This document shows positions 10,595 to 17,429 of a DNA stretch of 64,000 bases, piece by piece; position 1 is the first letter of the stretch; each line of letters opens with the position of its first letter. The stretch is from the NCBI GenBank assembly GCA_023424965.1, contig JAFADI010000100.1:5349-69348 (forward strand), in the 5' to 3' direction. Source of the stretch: Bacillota bacterium (GTDB lineage Bacteria > Bacillota > Clostridia > Acetivibrionales > JAFADI01). The translations under genes and the position numbers were made by a program. The notes beneath the pieces were generated by a model. It ran no database searches. It saw nothing but the letters and a program-made list of their open reading frames with translations, and had not been told where the DNA came from.

Positions 10595-11343
10595 TCTGTG
10601 GCACTCCTGAATTCATGGGTAAAATTCTTATCATAAAGTTTTGACAATTCATACTCGTCCCCGAGAAAATTTCCCACCACCACAAGGGCCGTTTTTCTGA
10701 TGCCCTCATTTTTTACGGTTTCCACGATATTCTCAAGGGTTCCCCGCAGGATTTTCTGTTCCGGCCAGGAGGCTTTGTATACCACCGCCACGGGAGTATC
10801 CGGCCCATAACCGGTCATAAGCCTTTGCACCAGCTGCTCCAGCATTCCCGTGCTCAGAAAGATGACCATGGTTGCGCTATGGGCTGCCAGGGCCTCGATG
10901 GATTCCCTCCCCGGCACCTCCGTCCTGCCTTCCATCCTTGTAAGGATGACGGTCTGAGTAACGCCGGGAAGGGTATATTCTTTCTTCAACGCGGCGGCGG
11001 CGGCAAGAAAGGAGCTGACCCCGGGAATCACCTCATAAGGGATTCCCCTTTTTTCAAGGCAGTCCATCTGTTCCCGGATCGCCCCATATACCGAAGGATC
11101 ACCGGTATGAACCCGGGCAACCGTCTTCTTTTGGGATACTCCACGGACCATAACCTCCACCACTTCCTCCAGGGTCATGGCCGCGCTGTCGTATATGTCA
11201 CAGGATGCCTTTGCACAGGCCAGCAGCTCCCTGTTCACCAGCGATCCCGCATAGATGATGATATCCGCACTTTCAAGGATTTTTTTTCCTTTTACGGTGA
11301 TAAGCTCCGGATCTCCCGGGCCCGCTCCGATAAAATATACCAA
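10591..11343 (-). CDS. cbiF: cobalt-precorrin-4 C11-methyltransferase
   Basis: 250 aa. VYFIGAGPGDPELIT and HTGDPSVYGA. Confidence 0.93.
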   Translation of the reverse strand: MVYFIGAGPGDPELITVKGKKILESADIIIYAGSLVNRELLACAKASCDIYDSAAMTLEEVVEVMVRGVSQKKTVARVHTGDPSVYGAIREQMDCLEKRGIPYEVIPGVSSFLAAAAALKKEYTLPGVTQTVILTRMEGRTEVPGRESIEALAAHSATMVIFLSTGMLEQLVQRLMTGYGPDTPVAVVYKASWPEQKILRGTLENIVETVKNEGIRKTALVVVGNFLGDEYELSKLYDKNFTHEFRSATE

Positions 11344-11344
11344 A

Positions 11345-12070
11345 TTACCTTACCCCGCTTTTTTTTGTGATGATGGTGGTGAAATAGCTGAGTTCACCCT
11401 CGTCAACGCCTTCGATGTCAAATTCTATCCGCTCGTCTTCCAGGCCGCACCGGCTTACAAGCACCGATTTTTCCAGCATCCCTCTGGCTTTCAGCTTTTC
11501 CTTCAGCCGGGAAAAGTTTTTGGACACTTTCATAAGGATGACACTGTCAAAGCCCTCCAGAATTTCCTCCAGGTTTTCACACTCATAGGCCGAAGGAATG
11601 ACGGCAATGGTTTCCCTGTTTTCTCCCAGGCTGATTCCCGCCCTGGCCGCCGACGCACAGAAGGAAGTAATGCCCGGTATGATTTCGGTTCGATAGCCTT
11701 CTTCCTTCAAGGTCTTGTGAATATACATATAGGTACTGTAAACCGTGGGGTCTCCAAGGGTTATAAAGGCCACATCCCCGCCCCCGTCCAGCTTTTCCTT
11801 CACCTGCAGGACGGCAGTCCTCCAGCTGTCTCCAAGGATTTTTTCATCATAGCTCATGGGAAAATGCAGCTCAAGGATGGCTTTTTCCTTTCCCACAACC
11901 CCCCGGGCGATGGTTAACGCCTGGCTGGGCCTGTGGGAGGCGGTTTTGGGAATGGCTACAAAATTTGCCTCCTCCAATATCCGCTTTGCCTTCAACGTCA
12001 TCAGTTCCGGGTCGCCGGGACCGACTCCCACGCCGTACAGCTTCCCCTTTTCTTTGCTTTGGTTTTTCAA
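11345..12070 (-). CDS. cbiL: cobalt-factor II / precorrin-2 C20-methyltransferase
   Basis: The conserved core starts at KLYGVGVGPGDPELMT. I propose the TTG at 12070 (AGGA about 12 nt upstream) as the start. The 53 further codons up to 12229 have no methylase similarity and cover structured non-coding DNA. Confidence 0.85.
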   Translation of the reverse strand: MKNQSKEKGKLYGVGVGPGDPELMTLKAKRILEEANFVAIPKTASHRPSQALTIARGVVGKEKAILELHFPMSYDEKILGDSWRTAVLQVKEKLDGGGDVAFITLGDPTVYSTYMYIHKTLKEEGYRTEIIPGITSFCASAARAGISLGENRETIAVIPSAYECENLEEILEGFDSVILMKVSKNFSRLKEKLKARGMLEKSVLVSRCGLEDERIEFDIEGVDEGELSYFTTIITKKSGVR

Positions 12071-12245
12071 TCCGGCCGTCCGTCCTTTCAAACTTAGTAA
12101 ACGCTTATTCCGGAATGAATCCGGCATAAGCTTACGCAGGTTATGCCTGCGCGCCACGCTTTCACGCGGCGACCGAACAACGTCCTTAAGAGATTGATGA
12201 CGTTGTTCAGTCCATTCATATGCAATCAATGTTTTCCTTCATTCA

Positions 12246-12438
12246 TGAGGTATATGGCATTTTTTATGGAGAAAAGGCTTCACTCTATGAGGAATACTTC
12301 GAGGCAGTAAAGTAATGGGAAACATACTGGAATGACCCGTGAGGAAGGTCCTCTTACTTTCGTGCCAATGATCTTCTGTTTTCCTCTGCACTGGGTGCTT
12401 TGAAGCCTTTTCGGAATAAACAATGCCGATGTACCTCA
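12246..12438. repeat. 193-bp inverted-repeat (MITE-like or structured RNA) element between cbiET and cbiL
   Basis: Arms 12246-12282 and 12401-12438 are complementary at 32 of 38 aligned positions, including a perfect 12-bp core GAAAAGGCTTCA/TGAAGCCTTTTC. The 118-bp interior has its own hairpins. The element ends 10 nt from the cbiET stop. Confidence 0.75.
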
Positions 12439-12448
12439 GCCAATTGTG

Positions 12449-13738
12449 TCAATCTTTTTCACGTTGAGGACTGTCGCCGCCCGGCCACTCTCCGCTGATG
12501 ATGTATACGGGATTGAGGGCCTGCATCAGGTGCTTGGTCCCGGCGGTTTTGCCCCGTGATACCGACACGCAAACGATTTCCACGTCCCGGTAACCTTTTG
12601 CCTCCATGCCGCTGATGGCTTCGTAAGCCGATTCCAGGGCTACGGCATTCACTACCACCCGCACAGGTTTTTTGAATTCCCGGATGCTGTCCAGCAGGAC
12701 TTCCATGTTTCCACCGGTGCCTCCGATAAAAACCCGGTCGGACTCCGGAAGGTTTTTCAGCGCCTCCGGGGCGGTTCCTTCCACTACGCTTACGTTGTCC
12801 ACCTTGAACTTATGGATGTTTTTACGGATTAGTTCAAGGGCCTCCGGTTCCTTCTCAATTGCATATACCGTTCCTCCCGGGCATTTCAGACCGCACTCGA
12901 TGGAAACGGAGCCTGTTCCCGCCCCGATGTCATACACGGTACAGCCTTCCTTCAACCGGAGCTTGGACAAGGTTACCGCCCTGACCTCTTCCTTTGTCAT
13001 GGGCACCTGGCCCCTCACAAACAGAGGATCCGGTATGCCCCCCGTTGAATAATTCCAGACTTCTTCCCCGGCGGTATCTTCCCTTTTGTATTCCACCAGC
13101 AGGATGGAAAGGCTGGCAAAGTTCATTTCCGCAATTTCTTCCGGAGTTCCGGCGATGATTCTCTCTCCTTCATAGGAAAGATTTTCCCCCACCGTCACGG
13201 TTATCCCTTTAAGCCCCCGCTGGACCAGTTCCCTGCATATGCTGCCGGGAGAAGATTTTCCCCCGGTGAAAACCGCCACTTTTCCAGCGGCTTTTATGGT
13301 TTCTGCCAGGTTCTCCTGCTCCCTGCCGTGGAGACTGATGATTTCAACATCATGCCAGCTTATTTTCAGTTTTGAACAGAGATACTGGAAAGAACTGATT
13401 CCCGGGATCACATCCAACTCCACACCGGGAAGATTTCTCTTGAGAAATTCCAGGATGCCGAAGACTCCGGGATCCCCCGAAGCAAGAACGGCAATGGCCT
13501 TTGAAGCCACATTGCCTGAAATATAGCTGCAGATCTCTTCAAGATTGTTTCCTATCATCCGCTTTTCTTTTCCCAGGTGATCAAAGAGCTCCAGGTTCCG
13601 TCTCCCGCCGATGATCACTTGGCTCCGCTCTATGACTTCCAGAGCCTCCGGCAGTATATAATCCCGGTTTCCCGGTCCTATACCCACAATGTGCAGTTTG
13701 CCGACCACGCCTGTCTCCATTTTCCTTCTATACTCCAT
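12449..13738 (-). CDS. cbiET: fused cobalt-precorrin-7 C5-methyltransferase / cobalt-precorrin-6B C15-methyltransferase (decarboxylating)
   Basis: N-terminal half is CbiE-like (IVGIGPG, SGDPGVFG). C-terminal half is CbiT-like with the SAM motif DIGAGTGSVSIE. The start is either 13738 (overlapping cbiD) or the ATG at 13720. Confidence 0.9.
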   Translation of the reverse strand: MEYRRKMETGVVGKLHIVGIGPGNRDYILPEALEVIERSQVIIGGRRNLELFDHLGKEKRMIGNNLEEICSYISGNVASKAIAVLASGDPGVFGILEFLKRNLPGVELDVIPGISSFQYLCSKLKISWHDVEIISLHGREQENLAETIKAAGKVAVFTGGKSSPGSICRELVQRGLKGITVTVGENLSYEGERIIAGTPEEIAEMNFASLSILLVEYKREDTAGEEVWNYSTGGIPDPLFVRGQVPMTKEEVRAVTLSKLRLKEGCTVYDIGAGTGSVSIECGLKCPGGTVYAIEKEPEALELIRKNIHKFKVDNVSVVEGTAPEALKNLPESDRVFIGGTGGNMEVLLDSIREFKKPVRVVVNAVALESAYEAISGMEAKGYRDVEIVCVSVSRGKTAGTKHLMQALNPVYIISGEWPGGDSPQREKD

Positions 13739-14855
13739 CTCCGTTTTGTATATGCCTCAATATCTCTTTTGCGCCTTCATCCATCCCAAGCAGCGTGCTG
13801 TCTTCATTAAATAAGACCGTACCTGTTTTGATCCTGTTGAAGGCGTACTGGCCGCATCTTTCCGAGGCACTGCGCACAATCCTGTCAAAAACCGCCTCGA
13901 AGCCCTGTTCTTTTATGATCTGTGCCGCCGCCTCCGTTGTCCGGCATTGATAAATCCTGTCCAGCACTTCCACCGCCGCTCCTTCAAGTCCCGCATAGGC
14001 GGTGAGAATCTCCATTCTGGCGTCCGCTACCCTGCTGTGGGTGTGAAAAATTCCTGCCGCCACCTTCACCAGCTTTCCCAGATGTCCCACCAGCAGTACC
14101 CGCTCCAGCTCATATTCCACGGCCTTGTCCAGCATATAGCCTATAAAGTTGCTCACTTTGACAATCCGGTCTTTTTCCATTCCAAGTTCATTGACCGCGA
14201 AGCTCTCTCCATAATTGCCGAAGGTGAACACCATGTCCCTGAAGCCCTTTGCCCGGGCCACGCTCAGTTCCACGGCGATGGCTTCCTTCCAGGCCTCCTC
14301 CGACATGGGCGTCACAATCCCCGAGGTGCCGATGATGGAAATGCCTCCCACAATCCCCAGCCTGGAATTGTAAGTCTTTTCCGCGGCCGCTTCCCCTCCG
14401 GGAACACTCAGGGTTATTTCCACGCCCCTGCCGTCCTTCAGTACTTCCCTTACCTCTTTGAGAATCATACTCATGGGCCCGGGATTGATGGCCGGCTTGC
14501 CCACCTGGACCTTCAGCCCCGGCTGGGTGACGGTCCCGATCCCCGGACCTGCTTTGATGCTGATGCTTTTGCCCCCGGTATAGACGGCTTCCGCAAAAAT
14601 CTTCAGTCCCGAGGTCACATCGGGATCATCTCCCCCATCTTTTACAACGGAGCATTTTACCCTTCCCTCATTCACTTCCACATCGGTGACGGGAAGCTCC
14701 AGCCTCACACCCGAAGGGGTATCGATGCCGATGCGGTCCAGCCTTCCCCCGTGTACCAGCATGCTGACGGCGGCCTTGGAGGCTCCCGCCGCGCAGGAAC
14801 CGGTGGTATAGCCCTTTCGCAACTTTTTCCCGTTTACAACCACAAAATCATCCAT
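13728..14855 (-). CDS. cbiD: cobalt-precorrin-5B C1-methyltransferase
   Basis: 375 aa. LRKGYTTGSCAAGASKAA and GGISIIGTSGIV are CbiD hallmarks. Confidence 0.93.
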   Translation of the reverse strand: MDDFVVVNGKKLRKGYTTGSCAAGASKAAVSMLVHGGRLDRIGIDTPSGVRLELPVTDVEVNEGRVKCSVVKDGGDDPDVTSGLKIFAEAVYTGGKSISIKAGPGIGTVTQPGLKVQVGKPAINPGPMSMILKEVREVLKDGRGVEITLSVPGGEAAAEKTYNSRLGIVGGISIIGTSGIVTPMSEEAWKEAIAVELSVARAKGFRDMVFTFGNYGESFAVNELGMEKDRIVKVSNFIGYMLDKAVEYELERVLLVGHLGKLVKVAAGIFHTHSRVADARMEILTAYAGLEGAAVEVLDRIYQCRTTEAAAQIIKEQGFEAVFDRIVRSASERCGQYAFNRIKTGTVLFNEDSTLLGMDEGAKEILRHIQNGDGV

Positions 14856-14904
14856 GCAGTAATCTACCTCTCAACAAAGCCATCCGGCACCGCTCACACC
14901 CCTT

Positions 14905-15029
14905 CCCAAAAGCGTCAGCTGCGAGGAGAGCAAGGCGCGCTAGGCGAGAAGGGCGGAGCGTATTTTCATACGTGAGCACTTCGAGTCCGACGCGCAACAC
15001 AGCTATCCGACGCAGATCATGCTTTTGGG
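14905..15029. repeat. 125-bp inverted-repeat element spanning the cbiC stop codon
   Basis: Arms CCCAAAAGCGTCAGCTGCG (14905-14923) and CGCAGATCATGCTTTTGGG (15011-15029) are complementary at 16/19 positions (9 perfect outer bp). The GC-rich interior has a CGTAT-TTTC-ATACG hairpin and GCGAG-type half repeats. Confidence 0.7.
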
Positions 15030-15649
15030 GCCATGTATAAAATGGCGTTGACAATCGCCGCCGCCACATTGCTCCCGCCTTTCCGCCCTTCGGAAATGAT
15101 ATAGGGCACCCCGGCTTTTTTAAAAAGCTCCTTGGCTTCCACGACGTTTACAAAGCCCACCGGAACCCCGATGACAAGGGCGGGAGAAATCTTTTTCTCC
15201 ATGACAAGCTCATACAGCCGGATGAGGGCTGTGGGGGCATTGCCTATGGCAAATATCCTGTTGTTGACGTCCTCGGCAGCTCTCTCCATGCAAATGGAAG
15301 CTCGTGTGACATTTTTTTCCTTTGCCTCGGCCGCAACGGCCTCATCGTCCATAAAGCAGCGGACCTGGCCTCCATAGCTGGAAAGAGCCTTCTTATTAAT
15401 ACCCGCCGCCGCCATTTTTGTATCGGTGACAATGCCGCAGCCCGACTTGAGGGCCTCCATTGCCGTTTCTACAGCGAAAGGACTTATCTTCAGATTGTCG
15501 GCATAGTCAAAGTCTGCCGTGGTATGGATCACTCTTTTTATAATGGGCCCGTGAGCAGGGGGAAATTCCCTGGGTCCGAGAATCTCCGACAGGATTTCAA
15601 AGCTCCTCTTTTCAATATCTCCCGGATTGACAATTTCAATACCTTCCAA
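15017..15649 (-). CDS. cbiC: cobalt-precorrin-8 methylmutase
   Basis: 210 aa, CbiC/CobH-like (IHTTADFDY, GNAPTAL). Apparent TTG start preceded by GGGAGGAGGGAAAGG. Confidence 0.9.
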   Translation of the reverse strand: MEGIEIVNPGDIEKRSFEILSEILGPREFPPAHGPIIKRVIHTTADFDYADNLKISPFAVETAMEALKSGCGIVTDTKMAAAGINKKALSSYGGQVRCFMDDEAVAAEAKEKNVTRASICMERAAEDVNNRIFAIGNAPTALIRLYELVMEKKISPALVIGVPVGFVNVVEAKELFKKAGVPYIISEGRKGGSNVAAAIVNAILYMAPKA

Positions 15650-15732
15650 TATGGCCTTTCCCTCCTCCCTACTATGGGGACAGTCCTCGACTATTTACAT
15701 TTACAACAATGTCCATGGGGGGTTAAAATCTC

Positions 15733-15741
15733 ATTATACCA
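15733..15741 (-). promoter_or_regulatory. extended -10 promoter-like box TGGTATAAT (minus strand) between the riboswitch terminator and cbiC
   Basis: Plus strand reads attatacca at 15733-15741, about 85 nt upstream of the cbiC start. I found no good -35. Confidence 0.35.
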
Positions 15742-15833
15742 TCTGTCCCTATAAGAAAGTTGAGAACAACGATGGCCCATTGTCACAGCAAAATGGATGA
15801 AAACAAAAAGTTTTCACACTGGTCGTCCCTGTC

Positions 15834-15861
15834 ATGTGTCAAAGAACCGTCCCCTGTCACA
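15834..15861. repeat. 28-nt repeat, copy 2, in the cbi operon leader
   Basis: Identical to 5-32. It is immediately preceded by a degenerate half copy (CGTCCCTGTCA, 15824-15834). Confidence 0.9.
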
Positions 15862-15883
15862 TGGTTTCCTCCGCACCAACAGC

Positions 15884-15914
15884 AAAAACCCCTAACCTGA
15901 AAGGTTAAGGGGGG
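15884..15914 (-). terminator. intrinsic terminator of the cobalamin riboswitch expression platform
   Basis: Minus strand reads CCCCTTAACC-TTTC-AGGTTAGGGG followed by TTTTT. Confidence 0.8.
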
Positions 15915-16039
15915 TTCGTCAAAATAGGCCTGAAGGCCCTCGCTTGGCATCCCATCACTCGCAGGTGCGGCAGGCTATAGGACCCCACACATTGAAGGAG
16001 CTGACCCGGAGATGGAATTGAAACCCCGGCAGCCCGCTC

Positions 16040-16200
16040 AAAGGGGAACCTATAGCGGCTGCATGCAGGTCTTCTGGCTCAGGTTCACCGTCCTTCTGCG
16101 CCTTCCCGGTTGCCCAGTGACATCATGCAGAATTCCTCCCCTTTACAGCGGCGTGACCGCATGGGTTTTTCACCCACTTCCCTCTTGCCGGAAACGACTT
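16040..16200 (-). promoter_or_regulatory. cobalamin (B12) riboswitch aptamer
   Basis: Minus strand reads AGAGGGAAGTGGGTGAAAAACCCATGCGGTCACGCCGCTGTAAAGGGGAGG...GTCACTGGGCAACCGGGAAGGCG...GAGCCAGAAGACCTGCA. The B12 box is at plus 16065-16078. TATAAT (minus) at 16237-16242 is a plausible -10. Confidence 0.9.
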
Positions 16201-16400
16201 CCGGACACATACAGCACGTTCATACATATTGTTTTAATTATAGACTAAATTTAAAACATTTAACAGTAATTTTTTGTAATAATTTCTGCGACCGGTAGCT
16301 TTCGGACTCAAAATTCATGGAAATTTCATATCAAAATCACAAATTGGACACATAGTAGGACTAGAATGATATCATCCATAAATAGAAAGGAGGTGAAACG

Positions 16401-17267
16401 ATGAATAAAAAGAATTTACTTGTGATACTCGCTGTAGTTGCAGTTATCGCAGTACCTTTTTCAGTTTTCGCGGCCACATCCGACGCACCTGCCGCCAAGG
16501 CGGTGAGAAGCTTTCTGGGAATCGACGCTTCAAAACTCACCGATGTTCAAAAAGCCGATGTGGAAAGCTATTCAAAGAAAATGGCCGACCTCAAAAAGGA
16601 ATTTATCAATAAGATGGTGGAAAACGGTTCCATGACGAAGGAACAGGGTGACGCCGCCGTCAAAAGGCTCGAGGAAATGCTTGAAAAAGGTGACACCAAC
16701 GGATTGCTCGGAGGAATGGGCATGATGAAGGGTGGACCCGGAGGCTTTGCAAAACGTGGGGGACCGGGTGAAAAAAGCTTTGACACTTCCAAGTTAACGG
16801 ACCAGCAAAAAGCCGATTTAATTTCAATATATAAAGAAATGGCTGATCTCGAGAAGCAGTCTGTAGAAAAGGTTGTTTCTTTCGGAGCACTGACCCAGGA
16901 ACAGGGGAATACCGCCACCGCCAAAATCGATGAAAGTATCAAAGCCCTTGACAGCAAAGGCCTGACCACTGGCAATCTCATGGGTAAAGGCGGCTTTGGC
17001 CTTTTCGGTTTTTACAGGGTGGATACCTCCAAGCTCACAGACCAGCAGAAAACCGAGCTGAAAGACATCTCCGGCAAAATGTCCGAATTGCAGAAGAAAT
17101 TGACGGAAAAGCTGGTGGAGTTCGGTGTTATGACCCAAGAGCAGGGTGACGCCGCCATCAAAAGGCTCGATGCAACGTCCAAATACATAAGTGAGAATGG
17201 ATTTCCAAAGGGTGGCGATGTGAAAAAGGGCCATCCCCGTGAACCCAAAGTAAAAACAACCAATTAA
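16401..17267 (+). CDS. secreted protein with three DUF2680 (YckD-like) repeats
   Basis: Signal peptide MNKKNLLVILAVVAVIAVPFSVFA, then three units of D(A/T)SKLTDxQKxxxxxxxxxMxxLxKxxxxKxVxxGxMTxEQGxxAxxRL. Strong RBS AAAGGAGGTGA. Confidence 0.65.
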   Translation: MNKKNLLVILAVVAVIAVPFSVFAATSDAPAAKAVRSFLGIDASKLTDVQKADVESYSKKMADLKKEFINKMVENGSMTKEQGDAAVKRLEEMLEKGDTNGLLGGMGMMKGGPGGFAKRGGPGEKSFDTSKLTDQQKADLISIYKEMADLEKQSVEKVVSFGALTQEQGNTATAKIDESIKALDSKGLTTGNLMGKGGFGLFGFYRVDTSKLTDQQKTELKDISGKMSELQKKLTEKLVEFGVMTQEQGDAAIKRLDATSKYISENGFPKGGDVKKGHPREPKVKTTN

Positions 17268-17383
17268 AAAGTTATGTTTTTCCTAAGTTTTATAAATTTA
17301 TCCTTTCAATCCTCCTAATATATGATAATGCCTATGTAAATAACGCAAACTCTATGCAGCAGCTTTCATTGCACAAGAAGGCA

Positions 17384-17418
17384 CAAAGGCTGGAACCGGA
17401 CCCCGGTTCCAGCCTTTG
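17384..17418. terminator. 16-bp perfect hairpin between convergent genes (probable bidirectional terminator)
   Basis: CAAAGGCTGGAACCGG-acc-CCGGTTCCAGCCTTTG. The U-tracts are weak on both strands. Confidence 0.55.
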
Positions 17419-17429
17419 TTGTCCTATCG

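Noticed and set aside
12071-12229. 53-codon N-terminal extension of cbiL (TTG 12229)
   Set aside because: It has no similarity to CbiL/CobI N-termini and no SD, and it is made of stem-loop-forming DNA. The conserved methylase core starts just after the TTG at 12070.
13947-14975. 342-aa plus-strand ORF
   Set aside because: Antisense to cbiD, with no motifs or RBS. It is a shadow ORF of a strongly supported gene.
16012-16298. 78-aa and 62-aa plus-strand ORFs
   Set aside because: They overlap the cobalamin riboswitch on the opposite strand, have no RBS, and the region is fully explained by the RNA element.
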